A DNA stretch of 64,000 bases from Pedosphaera sp. Its GTDB lineage: Bacteria > Verrucomicrobiota > Verrucomicrobiia > Limisphaerales > SIBH01. Positions 34,670 through 45,457 of this stretch are shown here, one piece after another (within the stretch, counting starts at the first letter, position 1; every line of letters starts with the position of its first letter). Under the pieces are notes generated by a model. The model saw only the letters and a program-made list of their open reading frames with translations. It was not told where the DNA came from and searched no databases. Made by a program: the position numbers and the translations under genes. The stretch is taken from NCBI GenBank assembly GCA_031414955.1, contig JANOQV010000184.1:126105-190104 (forward strand), written 5' to 3'.

Positions 34670-36467
34670 AGCTGCCGTCCCAGCCATGCCGGCTATTCCG
34701 CCCATTCCGACCATGAGCAACACCCCTGCGCCTTTCGACAGCATCCAGGGCGAGAAGCTCACGCCTGAGCAGAGCGCGTATTTGGATGGGTTCTTCTCCG
34801 GGCTGCGCGAGCGCGGGCTGACCTTTGCCCATGTCGCGCCCAACCCGGTCGCGCAGGCGGTCGCCGACACGGCCGATCTGATCTTCGAGGAGCGCGTGAA
34901 GCGCGAGTTGCATCCGCTCGATTCCTATCCGCTCCTGCTCGAGGACGCGGCCACGAACAAGGCACCGGACAAGGAGAACATCTTTCGCTTCAAGTGGCAT
35001 GGGATGTTTTATCTCACGCCGCACCAGGAAGCGTTCATGTGCCGGCTCAAGATTCCGGGCGGCGTGCTCAAGACGTTTCAATTGCGCGAGGTGGCGCGCG
35101 TAGCGCAGGAACTGACCAGCGGCTATGTGCAGATCACCACGCGGGCCAATTTGCAGTTGCGCCTCATCGAGCCAAAGAACGCGCCGGAATTTTTGCGCCG
35201 CATCCAGTCCGTGGGCCTGAGCAGCAAGGGCGCGGGGGCGGACAACATCCGCAACCTCACGGTCAACCCGACGGCGGGAATCGATCCGCACGAGCTGATC
35301 GACACCCTGCCGATCTGCCAGGAGCTGGCGCAGATTATCATCAACGACCGCGCGCTCCACGATCTGCCGCGCAAGTTTAACATCGCCCTCGATGGTGGCG
35401 GGCTTATCGGCACGGTCGAGGACACGAATGACATCGGGCTGAAGGCGGTGAAGATCGACGCGGCCTGCCAGAGCGGCGAGGTGGAGATTCCGGCCGGAGT
35501 CTATTTTCGGGTGAAGCTCGGCGGGGCCACGGGCCATCAGGCTTTCGCGCGCGACCTCGGTGTGCTGGTCAAACCGGCCGAAGCGGTGAAGGTCATTCTC
35601 GCCGCCACGCGTGTTTACGTGGCCCACGGCCATCGCGGCGACCGAAAAAAGGCGCGGCTCAAGCACCTGCTCGAGAAGTGGACGCTGGAACAGTATCTGA
35701 CGGCGATGGAAAAAGTGCTCAGCTACGCGCTGTTGCGCGCGCCCGCTCCATCCGAAACTCCAACGTCGAAACTCGAAGCTCCGCCTCACTCGCACGTCGG
35801 CGTGTTCGTCCAAAAGCAGCCTGGATTAAATTACATGGGGGTCTCGGTGCCGGTCGGCAATATTACTCCCAAGCAGTTGCTGCGCGTCGCGGAGATTGCC
35901 GACCTCTACGGATCCGGCGAGGTGCGGCTCACGGTCTGGCAGAGTTTGGTCATTCCGAACATTCCCGACGCCTACGTCGAGACGGTGAAGAAGGCCGTGG
36001 TCAAGGCGGGCTTCGACTGGCGGCAGTCTCACCTGCGCAGCGGGCTGATTGCCTGCACCGGAAATTCCTACTGCAAGTTCGCCGCCTCGAACACCAAGGC
36101 GCACGCGCTCGACCTGGCGAATTACCTGGAGAAGAAGATCGAGCTCGACCAGCCGATCAACATTCACCTCACCGGCTGCCCGAATTCATGCGCCCAGCAC
36201 TACATGGGCGACATCGGGTTGCTCGGCACCAAGGTGAAAGTCTCGGGTGAGACGCTCGAAGGTTATCACGTTTTCGTCGGCGGCGGCTTCGGCGACCATC
36301 AGGCCGCAGGCCGACAGGTCTTTAGCGGCGTCTCGTTTGAGCAGTTGAAACCGACTCTGGAGAAAATGCTACTCCAGTACCTCAAGCACCGGACGGCCGG
36401 CGAAACATTTCAGAACTTCACGCGGCGACACGATCTGAACGCGCTGCAAACTCTCTTCAGCCTATGA
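34659..36467 (+). CDS. nirA: NirA-family siroheme/4Fe-4S nitrite reductase (alternative start 34713)
   Basis: TTRANLQ.R, GADNIRN, LPRKFNI, ARLK, CTGNSYC, TGCPNSC; nitrate transport context. Confidence 0.88.
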   Translation: MSIEAAVPAMPAIPPIPTMSNTPAPFDSIQGEKLTPEQSAYLDGFFSGLRERGLTFAHVAPNPVAQAVADTADLIFEERVKRELHPLDSYPLLLEDAATNKAPDKENIFRFKWHGMFYLTPHQEAFMCRLKIPGGVLKTFQLREVARVAQELTSGYVQITTRANLQLRLIEPKNAPEFLRRIQSVGLSSKGAGADNIRNLTVNPTAGIDPHELIDTLPICQELAQIIINDRALHDLPRKFNIALDGGGLIGTVEDTNDIGLKAVKIDAACQSGEVEIPAGVYFRVKLGGATGHQAFARDLGVLVKPAEAVKVILAATRVYVAHGHRGDRKKARLKHLLEKWTLEQYLTAMEKVLSYALLRAPAPSETPTSKLEAPPHSHVGVFVQKQPGLNYMGVSVPVGNITPKQLLRVAEIADLYGSGEVRLTVWQSLVIPNIPDAYVETVKKAVVKAGFDWRQSHLRSGLIACTGNSYCKFAASNTKAHALDLANYLEKKIELDQPINIHLTGCPNSCAQHYMGDIGLLGTKVKVSGETLEGYHVFVGGGFGDHQAAGRQVFSGVSFEQLKPTLEKMLLQYLKHRTAGETFQNFTRRHDLNALQTLFSL

Positions 36468-36510
36468 CGAACACCTTAACCGCAGAGAACACGGCTCGAA
36501 ACACACCTTC

Positions 36511-37722
36511 ATGAAATGGTCTCAACTCAAACGCGAAGGTCACTGGCCGACGCTGGTCTCGGCTTTTCTGTATTTCGATTTCAGTTTCATGGTCTGGACG
36601 TTGCTCGGAGTGCTCGGCGCGCAAATCGCCGCCCCCGAATCGCTGAACCTCACCGCGCAGCAAAAATACTTCATGGTCTCCGTTCCAATCCTGGCGGGCG
36701 GCCTGTTCCGGCTCGCGCTCGGTCTGCTTGTGGATCGCATCGGCGCGAAGCACACCGGCATCATCGCGCAATCCATCGTCATCATCGGGTTGGCGTGCGC
36801 GTGGTATTTCGGGCTGAAGAATTATCACGCCGTGCTGCTCATGGGCGTGGTGCTCGGCGTGGCGGGCGCGAGTTTCGCCGTGGCGCTGCCGCAGGCGGGC
36901 CGCTGGTACCCGCCGCAGATGCAAGGTCTCGTGCTCGGCCTCGCGGGCGCGGGCAACATCGGCGTGGTCATTGATGCGCTGCTCGCGCCGCGTCTCGCCG
37001 CGATCTACGGATGGAACGCCGTCTTCGGTCTCGCGGTGATTCCCGCCGTGCTCGTGCTGGCCATCTACATCATCGTGTCGAAGGAAGCGCCGGTGAAAGT
37101 GGCGCCCAAGCGCATCGGTGATTACTTCCGGCTCTTTCGCGACAAGGACGTTCACTGGTTCTGTTTTTTCTACACGGTCACGTTCGGCGGGTTCGTGGGG
37201 CTGGCGTATTCGCTCGGCATGTATTTTAAGGATCGGTTCGGGCTGACGGCGACGCAGTCCGGCGATCTCGTCGCGCTCTGCACGGCGATTGGCGCGCTGG
37301 GCCGGCCGATTGGCGGCGGTATTTCGGATCGCATCGGCGGCATTCGTTCGCTCTATGTTTATTACACCGTGGCGTGCGTGGCGCTGGTGCTGGGCGGATT
37401 AATCAACAGTCTGGCGCTGAACGTCGCGTCGTTCTTCGTGGCCTGCGCGGCGTTCGGCATGGGCAATGGCTCGGTGTTTCAACTTCTGCCGCAGCGCTTC
37501 GGCCGCGAGATTGGCTTGATGACCGGACTCGTGGGCTGCGGCGGCGGGTTGGGCGGATTCTTGCTGGCGAACATGATGGGCCAGTCGCGCCAGCACACCG
37601 GCTCATACCTCGCGGGCCTGCTGATCTTCGCCAGCCTGTGCCTGCTGGCGCTGGTGGGATTGAGTTTGGTGAAACGCCGCTGGCGCACCACCTGGGGCGC
37701 GCTGGCTCAGGCGAGAATTTGA
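36511..37722 (+). CDS. NarK/NasA-type nitrate/nitrite MFS transporter
   Basis: GHWPTL..AFLYFD.SF.VW, GVAGASFAVALP...WYPP..QG...G.AGAGN, G.GNG.VFQL.PQRF. Confidence 0.92.
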   Translation: MKWSQLKREGHWPTLVSAFLYFDFSFMVWTLLGVLGAQIAAPESLNLTAQQKYFMVSVPILAGGLFRLALGLLVDRIGAKHTGIIAQSIVIIGLACAWYFGLKNYHAVLLMGVVLGVAGASFAVALPQAGRWYPPQMQGLVLGLAGAGNIGVVIDALLAPRLAAIYGWNAVFGLAVIPAVLVLAIYIIVSKEAPVKVAPKRIGDYFRLFRDKDVHWFCFFYTVTFGGFVGLAYSLGMYFKDRFGLTATQSGDLVALCTAIGALGRPIGGGISDRIGGIRSLYVYYTVACVALVLGGLINSLALNVASFFVACAAFGMGNGSVFQLLPQRFGREIGLMTGLVGCGGGLGGFLLANMMGQSRQHTGSYLAGLLIFASLCLLALVGLSLVKRRWRTTWGALAQARI

Positions 37723-37761
37723 TTCTCCCGATGCGGTTCTGTCCGTGATTACATCGCGCTG

Positions 37762-39390
37762 TTGAAAGCTGTTCTCACCAGTCACGGCGTGCCGGGAAAG
37801 CCCGGCGCCGCCAGCCAGGACGCCGCCGGCGCGGAAATTTGGAATGACGCGATCATCGCCGTGGTCGCCGACGGCGTGGGCCGCGCGGAACTGGCGGACG
37901 AGGCGGCGCGTCGAGTCGTGGCCGGCACCTTGCAGAATTTCAAGGCCCGTCCGCGCACCTGGAGCCTGCAGAAGGCGCTGGAGGAATTCACCCGCCTGGC
38001 CAACCGCACGCTCTATCAGGAATCCATGGCCCGGCTCGAACGTCCTGAACTCGTCTCGACTGCCGCCATCGTCGCCATCGAAGGCACGCGACTCGCCGGG
38101 CTGAACGCCGGCGATTCGCGCGTCTATCGCCTTCGCGCCGGCGCGCTCACGCAGCTTTCCCGCGACCAGACGGAGCAGAGCCCCGGACTCAGCCATGTGC
38201 TCACACAGGCCGTCGGGTTGCAGCCGGATCTGGCTCCGCATTTCTTCCAGAGCGACGTGGAGAACGGCGACGTGATTCTGCTCTGCACCGACGGCGTGAC
38301 GAACAACCTCCCCGACGACGCGCTCGCGGCCGCGCTCCAAGGCGGTGCGTCCGCGCGCAACATCGTGCAGGCCGCGCTCGAACGCACCACGCCCGAAACG
38401 GCGGACGACACCACGGCCGTCGTCATCCAGGTGGAGGACACGAGCCATCCCGGCCATGTGCAACTGGCCATCCCCGACACGCTGCGCGCGGGCGAGGTCA
38501 TCGATGGCTGTGAACTGCTCCGTCCCTTCGGTGCGAACGAGCGCACCTGGATTGCGCGGCACGCCGGGGGCAAGGTCGTGATCAAATTCCCGCCCCGCGA
38601 AGCGCGCGACAGCGAGGCCGTCCACAACCAGTTCGTGAAGGAGATCTGGAGCGTCACGCGATTGCAGGCCGAGTATTTCATCCGCGCGTTCACTCCGCCG
38701 GAGAACCAGACGCTCTGCTACTGCATGGAGTACATCGAGGCTCCGAACCTGCGGGAATTTCTGCGGGGCGGCACGCTGCCGGCGGACCAGGCGATGGCGT
38801 TGTTGCGCTTTCTGCTCGAAGCCGCGCAGTTCCTGGTTCGTTTCGATCTCGTCCACGGCGACCTCAAGCCGGAGAACATCCTAGTGCTCGGGGAGGGCGG
38901 CGCGCTGCGCTTCAAGCTGATCGATTTCGGCAGCATCAATGAAATTTTCTCCGTCGCCTCGCGCGCGGGCACGCCGAGCTATCTCGCGCCGGAGCGCTTT
39001 CATGGCGCGGCCTGCACCGAACGGACCGAGGTCTTCGCGCTGGGCGTGATCCTCTACGAGACGCTGACGGGCGCGTATCCGTACGGCGAGGTGGAGCCGT
39101 TCCAGACGCCGGTGTTCCGCGCGGCCCGGCGGCCCGGCGCGCTGAACGCGAACCTCCCGCCGTGGCTGGAGTCCGTGGCCTTGCGCGCCATCGTGGCCAA
39201 GCCGGAGGATCGCTATCAAAATTTTTCCGAGATGAAGTTCGATCTCGAACACCCAGCCAAGGTGCGGCCTTTCTTTAACAAGGGCGCTCCGCTGCTGGAA
39301 CGCAATCCGGTGCTCTACTATCGAATCGCCTTCGCGCTTTCAGCGGCGTTGAACTTGTATCTCCTCCTGCGTCTGCTAGGCGGGCGCTGA
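37762..39390 (+). CDS. Bifunctional PP2C phosphatase - Ser/Thr kinase
   Basis: ADGVG, GDSRVY, LCTDGV, DDTT; then K, HGDLKPENI, IDFG, GTPSYLAPE. Confidence 0.9.
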   Translation: MKAVLTSHGVPGKPGAASQDAAGAEIWNDAIIAVVADGVGRAELADEAARRVVAGTLQNFKARPRTWSLQKALEEFTRLANRTLYQESMARLERPELVSTAAIVAIEGTRLAGLNAGDSRVYRLRAGALTQLSRDQTEQSPGLSHVLTQAVGLQPDLAPHFFQSDVENGDVILLCTDGVTNNLPDDALAAALQGGASARNIVQAALERTTPETADDTTAVVIQVEDTSHPGHVQLAIPDTLRAGEVIDGCELLRPFGANERTWIARHAGGKVVIKFPPREARDSEAVHNQFVKEIWSVTRLQAEYFIRAFTPPENQTLCYCMEYIEAPNLREFLRGGTLPADQAMALLRFLLEAAQFLVRFDLVHGDLKPENILVLGEGGALRFKLIDFGSINEIFSVASRAGTPSYLAPERFHGAACTERTEVFALGVILYETLTGAYPYGEVEPFQTPVFRAARRPGALNANLPPWLESVALRAIVAKPEDRYQNFSEMKFDLEHPAKVRPFFNKGAPLLERNPVLYYRIAFALSAALNLYLLLRLLGGR

Positions 39391-39635
39391 GCCACCCCCG
39401 GTGCCAGTCCTGTCCCGCGATAATATTCAGGTTGGCAAAAACCCCACACCACGCGCGTGCGATTTGCGACAGTTGGTGTGCCCGGGAAAATCATTTTCGG
39501 CCCGCCAGCATTGATCATTGCCAACATGAGTGCGGATTGGTGCCACGTTTCTCAAGGCTGTGGAGCCTCTGATGAAACGGATTCATCCAAACCCGCCGTG
39601 GCAAGCGGAGGCCTCCTCGACCTTGATCGAATGAG

Positions 39636-39651
39636 TGGCACATCAACCGCT
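39636..39651 (+). promoter_or_regulatory. Putative sigma54 promoter of the nrt operon
   Basis: TGGCACATCAACCGCT = GG-N10-GC, followed by AAGG as at 32822. Confidence 0.65.
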
Positions 39652-39688
39652 AAGGGTTTGATGAACGCAGTCAATGGTGAGCATACGA

Positions 39689-40990
39689 ATGAAACGAAAC
39701 GATTCAGCCAGAAACTCCACACTCACACGGCGCGGTTTTCTCCGCGCCACCTCCAAGTTTGCCGGCGCGACGGCGCTTTTTAGCGGCTTGCCGCCGGGCT
39801 GGATGGGCCGCGTGTATGCGAACGATGCGCCGGAGCGGGCGGACTTGAAGTTCGGCATCATCGCGCTCACGGACTGTTCGTCCATCATCCTGGCGCATGA
39901 GAAGGGGCTGTTCAAAAAATACGGCATCAACTCCACCGTGGCGAAGGGCGCGAGCTGGGCGGCGATTCGCGACTCGCTCTCCAACGACGATCTGCAAGCC
40001 ACGCACATGCTGCTCGGGATGCCCATCGCGAGCACGATGGGTCTCGGCGGTGCGCCGAAGAAGCCGATGGTCGTGCCGTGGATTCTCAACCGCAACGGCC
40101 AGGCCATCACGTTGAAGAAGGAACTCGCGGGCAAAGTCGGCGAAGACCCGAAGGCGTTGAAACCCTTGGTGGACGCGGCGAAAGCGAGCGGCACGCCGAT
40201 GACTTTTGCGATGACTTTTCCGCCGGGCACGCACGCGATGTGGATTCGTTACTGGCTGGCGGCCGGCGGCATTCATCCCGGCAGCGCGAGCGGCGCGGGC
40301 GCGGATATTTCACTCATCACCATTCCGCCGCCGCAGATGGTGGCGAACATGAAGGTCGGCAAGATGCACGGCTTCTGCGTGGGCGAACCTTGGAACGCGC
40401 GCGCCATCAATGAGGAGATTGGTTTCACCGCCATCGCCACGCAGGGCATCTGGAAGGATCACCCGGAGAAAGTGTGCGCCTTCACCGCCGAGTTCGCGGT
40501 GAAGAATCCGAAGACCGTGAAGGCTGTGCTCAAGGCTTTGCACGAAGCCAGCGTATGGCTCGACAAGATGGAGAACCGCGAGGAGCAGTCGAAGATTGTC
40601 AGCGCCGCGACCTACATCAACTGCCCGCCGGAGACGATCCTCGGACGGTTGCAGGGCAAGTACGTGATGGGCGACGGGCGCAAATTCAAAGACCCGAACT
40701 ACATGACCTTCAGCGATCGCAACTGCAATTACCCGCAGGCGAAGTTCGCCAAGTGGTGGCTCACGCAACTGCGCCGCTGGGGTTTCACCGAGGGCGCTCC
40801 CGACTATGCGGGCGTGGCCAAACAGGTGATGCGCACGGACATCTACGAAGAAGCGATGAAGGAAATCGGTTACGCCCACGGCGGTGCGGACGAGAAGCCC
40901 GAGATGTTCTTCGATGGCGGAAAATTTGACCCGAAGGCTGATTTGGAAGCCTACGCCGCCAGCTTTGCGGTCAAGAGTCTCAAAGGTTGA
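39689..40990 (+). CDS. nrtA: NrtA/CmpA-family ABC substrate-binding protein (Tat signal)
   Basis: TRRGFL, G.IALTD, LNRNGQAIT, AMTFP.GTH..W.RYWLAAGGI, PPPQMVANM, FCVGEPWN, W.DHPEK. Confidence 0.92.
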   Translation: MKRNDSARNSTLTRRGFLRATSKFAGATALFSGLPPGWMGRVYANDAPERADLKFGIIALTDCSSIILAHEKGLFKKYGINSTVAKGASWAAIRDSLSNDDLQATHMLLGMPIASTMGLGGAPKKPMVVPWILNRNGQAITLKKELAGKVGEDPKALKPLVDAAKASGTPMTFAMTFPPGTHAMWIRYWLAAGGIHPGSASGAGADISLITIPPPQMVANMKVGKMHGFCVGEPWNARAINEEIGFTAIATQGIWKDHPEKVCAFTAEFAVKNPKTVKAVLKALHEASVWLDKMENREEQSKIVSAATYINCPPETILGRLQGKYVMGDGRKFKDPNYMTFSDRNCNYPQAKFAKWWLTQLRRWGFTEGAPDYAGVAKQVMRTDIYEEAMKEIGYAHGGADEKPEMFFDGGKFDPKADLEAYAASFAVKSLKG

Positions 40991-40992
40991 AC

Positions 40993-41877
40993 ATGGAATT
41001 CATCAAACGATTCAAACTCGACAGCTTCCTGCTCCCGCTCGTCGGCCTCGTCGCGTTCCTCGTCATCTGGCAGATCGCCGCCGGGCATACCGAGACGAAG
41101 AAGAGCAAGGACGACTTCGGTGATGTCGTGACGAAGACCGTGAAGACCGGTATTTCGCCCGACCTCCCGACGCCGACTGAGACATGGAAGGCGAGCAAGC
41201 CTTACATCACGCAGCCGTTTGCCAAACGCGGCGAACTGGATCAGGGCATCCTCTCTTTCACCTCGCTCTCGCTGTGGCTGGTGGCGCAGGGCTACTTCAT
41301 CGCGCTGCTGCTCGGCACGCCGCTGGGATTTTTCCTTGGGTTGTCGAAGACGTTCACGAAGGCGGTGGACCCGATCATCCAGGTGTTGCGGCCCGTGTCA
41401 CCGCTCGCGTGGTTTCCGCTCGGACTGGTGCTGTTTAGTTCCGTGAAGCTGATGGATGGCTCGGGCAAGACCGCGTTTGGCGCGTCTGATGCCGCCGCGC
41501 TCTTCACCATCGCGGTGTGCGCGATGTGGCCGACGGTGATGAACACGGCGGTCGGCGTGCGCGCCATTCCGCAGGACTATTTGAACGTGGCGAAGGTGCT
41601 GAAACTCTCGCGCACGAAGACGCTGTTCAAGGTGATGCTGCCGGCGACAATGCCCTACATGTTCACCGGCTTCCGTTTGTCGCTCGGCATTGCGTGGCTG
41701 GTGATTGTGGCCGTGGAAATGTTGACCGGACGCCCCGGCGTCGGCGGCTTTCTCTGGCAGGAATACAACGCGGGCAGCTACTCGCGCATCATCCTCTGCA
41801 TTCTCACCATCGGCGTCGTGGGCCTCGTGCTCGACCGTTTGATGAGCGTGGTGGAGAGGCGATTCAAGACCGCCTGA
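40993..41877 (+). CDS. nrtB: Nitrate ABC transporter permease
   Basis: DP.IQVLRPVSPLAW.P, WPT..NTA.GV, TG.RLSLGIAWLVIVA.EML. Confidence 0.92.
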   Translation: MEFIKRFKLDSFLLPLVGLVAFLVIWQIAAGHTETKKSKDDFGDVVTKTVKTGISPDLPTPTETWKASKPYITQPFAKRGELDQGILSFTSLSLWLVAQGYFIALLLGTPLGFFLGLSKTFTKAVDPIIQVLRPVSPLAWFPLGLVLFSSVKLMDGSGKTAFGASDAAALFTIAVCAMWPTVMNTAVGVRAIPQDYLNVAKVLKLSRTKTLFKVMLPATMPYMFTGFRLSLGIAWLVIVAVEMLTGRPGVGGFLWQEYNAGSYSRIILCILTIGVVGLVLDRLMSVVERRFKTA

Positions 41878-41880
41878 GTT

Positions 41881-42783
41881 ATGGCATTTCTTGAATTAAA
41901 AAACGTCTCCAAGAGCTTCGGCGGTGCGACCGTGCTGCGGGACATCAACCTCTCCATCGAGAAGGGCGAGTTCGTGGCCATCGTCGGCTACTCGGGCGCG
42001 GGCAAGACCACGCTGATGTCGCTGCTCGCCGGCCTGCTCAAGTCGGACACCGGCACGGTGCTGCTCGAAGGAAAAGAAATGGCCGGGCCGGGACCGGATC
42101 GCGGCATCGTGTTTCAGAATTATTCCCTGCTGCCGTGGCTGACGGTGTTCGAGAACATCAAGCTCGCGGTGGACCAGGTGTTCGCGGAGAAGTCCGAAGC
42201 GGAGCGCGTGACGCACACGGAGAAATTCATCGAGATGGTCAACCTCACGCCCGCGCGGGAGAAACGTCCGAGCGAACTTTCCGGCGGAATGCGCCAGCGC
42301 GTGAGCGTGGCCCGTGCGCTCGCCATGTTGCCAAAGGTGCTGCTCTGCGACGAACCACTCAGCGCGCTCGACGCTCTGACGCGCGCCAATTTGCAGGACG
42401 AGATCGCGCGCATCCGCTCGCTGCACGACCAGACCATTGTACTGATCACCAACGACCCGGACGAGGCCATCCTGCTCGCCGACCGCGTGATTCCGCTCGC
42501 GGCGGGACCGAACGCAACGCTCGGGCCGTCATTCCATGTGGACATTCCGCGCCCGCGCGACCGCAAGGGTCTGAACCACGATGACCATTTCAAAACGCTC
42601 CGCCGCGACATCATTGACTGGCTGCTGGCCTCGAAAGGCGAACGCAAGGTAGCCGTGACGAAGAAACTGATCCTGCCCGACATCGAGCCGGAAGATTTGT
42701 CCATCCCGCGCGGCGCCTTCAACCGCCGCAAGACGGCGCTGCGCCGCAGTGAGGTAAAAAGCGAAACGGTGGAGGTCGAATGA
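41881..42783 (+). CDS. Nitrate ABC transporter ATP-binding protein
   Basis: [30 protein letters not shown]-loop His appears as N (LITNDPDEA). Confidence 0.9.
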   Translation: MAFLELKNVSKSFGGATVLRDINLSIEKGEFVAIVGYSGAGKTTLMSLLAGLLKSDTGTVLLEGKEMAGPGPDRGIVFQNYSLLPWLTVFENIKLAVDQVFAEKSEAERVTHTEKFIEMVNLTPAREKRPSELSGGMRQRVSVARALAMLPKVLLCDEPLSALDALTRANLQDEIARIRSLHDQTIVLITNDPDEAILLADRVIPLAAGPNATLGPSFHVDIPRPRDRKGLNHDDHFKTLRRDIIDWLLASKGERKVAVTKKLILPDIEPEDLSIPRGAFNRRKTALRRSEVKSETVEVE

Positions 42784-45290
42784 GCGCGTACGTCGAACTT
42801 TCCAACATCTCAAAGATTTACCCGACGCCGAAAGGCTCGGCGATCATCGTCAAAAATTTCAACCTCTCGATCAAAAAAGGCGAGTTCATCACGCTCATCG
42901 GGCACTCGGGCTGCGGCAAGTCCACGGTGCTCTCGATGCTTGCGGGTCTGAACGACATCACGGGCGGCGGCATCATTCTCGCCGGCAAGGAACTCGTGGG
43001 TGCGGGGCCGGATCGCGGCGTGGTTTTTCAGTCGCCGTGTTTGCTGCCGTGGTACACGGCGTTTGAAAACGTGATGCTCGGCGTGGACCAAGTCTTCTTC
43101 ACGGCGACAAAACAGGAGCGCAAACAGATCGTGGAATACTATCTCACGGTCGTGGGCCTGGCCGACGCGATGCACAAGAAGCCGGGCGAACTTTCGCAGG
43201 GGATGCGCCAGCGCGTCGGCATTGCGCGCGCCTTCGCGCTCTCGCCGAAGATGCTGCTGCTCGACGAGCCGTTCGGGATGCTGGATTCGCTCACGCGCTT
43301 CGAACTGCAACAGGTGCTCATCGAACTCTGGCGCAAGGACAAGAAGACTGCGCTCATGGTCACGCACGATGTGGACGAGGCGCTGTTCCTCTCGGATCGA
43401 ATCGTGATGATGACTAACGGTCCCGAGGCCGAAGTAGGCGACGTGCTGGAAGTGAATTTTCCGCGCCCGCGTGAGCGCAAGGCGGTGATGGAGCATCCCG
43501 ATTATTACAAACTGCGCGAGCACCTGATCGAGTTTCTCGAAGTTCATGCTTATCGCGGCAAGAAGCACCAGGACCTCGCACCCGCTGCTCCAGTGCCACC
43601 GATGGCACCGGGACCGCAGAACAACGTGCCGCGTTTGGAGCACGCTTCCGCCGGGCCATCAATCGTGAGCAAGCCGAGGATGACAGAACCGTTTCCGTAC
43701 CAAACCAAAACACGGCTAGACTTGGACAAATCTGGATTCACCCTGCTTTCTTCCATTGGCAAAGATTCAAACCATCAACTCATGAAACAAAAGACAACCC
43801 AACTCATCACTCGTCTTGTATTCGCCATCTCGGCGGCGCTGGCGCTGAACCAATCCGACTTGGCGGCGCAAACTAATCCTCCTGCCGCTCCGCCGCCGGT
43901 GCCCAGCGCCGGGTTGGTCAATGACTTCCTGCGCCAGCAATCCGATGTCTTCAAGTCTTGGGATGTCGGCGGACAAGTCCGCGCCCGCTACGACATGAAG
44001 CAGAACTTCGGCACGCCGGGCCTGGCGGGCGCGATTGATTTTCGCGACAAGGGCGGCAATCCGCACAACGATTACCTGCTGCTGCGCGAGAAAGTTCACA
44101 TCGGCTACACCCAGCCCTGGTTCGGCTTCTATGTGCAAGGCCGCGACAGCTCGGTGAGCGGTGATGAGCGCGACCCGAATCCCGACGCCGACTCCTTCGA
44201 TCTGCACCAGGGCTACCTCAAGCTGGGGAATGCGAAGCAGTTTCCGCTCACACTCCAGGCTGGACGCCAGGAGCTTAGTTATGGCGACGAGCGGCTCATC
44301 GGTTCGGCCGACTGGTTGAACATTCCACGCACGTTTGACGCGCTGAAGCTGCGCGTTGAAGGCAAGCCCGGATGGATTGACGCCTTCGTGAGCCGGCCCA
44401 TTCTTGCGGACAACGGCAGCTACAATGGCGACAACGAGTACGAGACCTTTTCCGGTGTTTATGCCTCCACCAAGACGATCATTCCCAAGCAGGAGACGCA
44501 GCTCTACTTCCTTTCGCGCAATGTCAACGTCCGATCGCCCTTCGCTCACGAGAAGGACACGCCCCAAGCCGGCGGACCCACCGCGCGGGACATCTACACC
44601 CTGGGGCTGCGCGTCAAGTCGCTGCCCGGCCAGTTCCGCGGCTTTGATTACGGCGCTGAAATCATGGGCCAGTTCGGACGCTACAAGGAGGGCGGCGCGA
44701 CACTGGCGGCGGCGAAATCGAAGAAGAGTCAGGAGCACGAAGCCTTCGCGGCCTTTGTGGGCGGCGGCTATACATGGACGAATGTCAGCTTCGCGCCGCG
44801 CCTGGGCGTGGAGTACAATTACGCCAGCGGCGACAGCGATCCCAACGACGACCAGCACGAGACGTTCGACAATCTTCATCCCACCAACCACAAGTTCTAC
44901 GGAATGGCCGATTTCGTCTCGTTGCAGAACATCCACAACCTGCGCTTCATGAGCTCGGTCAATCCGTTTCAGAACTTCACCCTCTCGCTCGAGTACTACC
45001 TCTTCTGGCTGGCCGACACTTCGGACAACTTCTACACCGTGACCGGCGCGCGGCGCGGCGATACCATGGCCACTCCGGGCACGGGCTACGGCATCAATGA
45101 GAACTACCACAACTTCGTCGGGTCCGAACTAGACCTCGTGGCCACCTACAGGGTGAGGCCGTGGGCCAGCGCGCAGGTGGGCTATGCGCACTTCTTCACC
45201 GGCGACTACATCAACCAGTCCCTCTCCAGTCCGAACTTCGGATCGCGAGACGCGGATTTTCTCTACCTGCAGATGACGGTGAATTTTTAA
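42780..45290 (+). CDS. Nitrate ABC ATP-binding protein read in-frame into an alginate-export-family outer-membrane protein
   Basis: [25 protein letters not shown] in aa 1-260; no stop before the porin region. Confidence 0.8.
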   Translation: MSAYVELSNISKIYPTPKGSAIIVKNFNLSIKKGEFITLIGHSGCGKSTVLSMLAGLNDITGGGIILAGKELVGAGPDRGVVFQSPCLLPWYTAFENVMLGVDQVFFTATKQERKQIVEYYLTVVGLADAMHKKPGELSQGMRQRVGIARAFALSPKMLLLDEPFGMLDSLTRFELQQVLIELWRKDKKTALMVTHDVDEALFLSDRIVMMTNGPEAEVGDVLEVNFPRPRERKAVMEHPDYYKLREHLIEFLEVHAYRGKKHQDLAPAAPVPPMAPGPQNNVPRLEHASAGPSIVSKPRMTEPFPYQTKTRLDLDKSGFTLLSSIGKDSNHQLMKQKTTQLITRLVFAISAALALNQSDLAAQTNPPAAPPPVPSAGLVNDFLRQQSDVFKSWDVGGQVRARYDMKQNFGTPGLAGAIDFRDKGGNPHNDYLLLREKVHIGYTQPWFGFYVQGRDSSVSGDERDPNPDADSFDLHQGYLKLGNAKQFPLTLQAGRQELSYGDERLIGSADWLNIPRTFDALKLRVEGKPGWIDAFVSRPILADNGSYNGDNEYETFSGVYASTKTIIPKQETQLYFLSRNVNVRSPFAHEKDTPQAGGPTARDIYTLGLRVKSLPGQFRGFDYGAEIMGQFGRYKEGGATLAAAKSKKSQEHEAFAAFVGGGYTWTNVSFAPRLGVEYNYASGDSDPNDDQHETFDNLHPTNHKFYGMADFVSLQNIHNLRFMSSVNPFQNFTLSLEYYLFWLADTSDNFYTVTGARRGDTMATPGTGYGINENYHNFVGSELDLVATYRVRPWASAQVGYAHFFTGDYINQSLSSPNFGSRDADFLYLQMTVNF
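43782..45290 (+). CDS. Alginate export family outer-membrane beta-barrel (probable independent start)
   Basis: ATG 43782 followed by a signal peptide; [14 protein letters not shown]...[25 protein letters not shown]-terminal F. Confidence 0.8.
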   Translation: MKQKTTQLITRLVFAISAALALNQSDLAAQTNPPAAPPPVPSAGLVNDFLRQQSDVFKSWDVGGQVRARYDMKQNFGTPGLAGAIDFRDKGGNPHNDYLLLREKVHIGYTQPWFGFYVQGRDSSVSGDERDPNPDADSFDLHQGYLKLGNAKQFPLTLQAGRQELSYGDERLIGSADWLNIPRTFDALKLRVEGKPGWIDAFVSRPILADNGSYNGDNEYETFSGVYASTKTIIPKQETQLYFLSRNVNVRSPFAHEKDTPQAGGPTARDIYTLGLRVKSLPGQFRGFDYGAEIMGQFGRYKEGGATLAAAKSKKSQEHEAFAAFVGGGYTWTNVSFAPRLGVEYNYASGDSDPNDDQHETFDNLHPTNHKFYGMADFVSLQNIHNLRFMSSVNPFQNFTLSLEYYLFWLADTSDNFYTVTGARRGDTMATPGTGYGINENYHNFVGSELDLVATYRVRPWASAQVGYAHFFTGDYINQSLSSPNFGSRDADFLYLQMTVNF

Positions 45291-45457
45291 TTGCGGCGGG
45301 ACGTGCTCGCCGCTTCGGCTGCGAGTGAAGTGGCGGATGGAAACGCGGGTCAGGCTTGTCACCTGGCCCGCGTCGTGTTTTCACGTCGGGCCTTTTCGGG
45401 AACGCCCGGGCGCGTTCGCGCCCTTCTGCCCCGAGCCAGGGGTGCTTGGCCGTGCTC

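Noticed and set aside
39665..39685. TC-AATGGT-GA as an ANTAR hairpin in the nrtA leader
   Set aside because: Only one weak stem, with no second hairpin, terminator or ANTAR gene.
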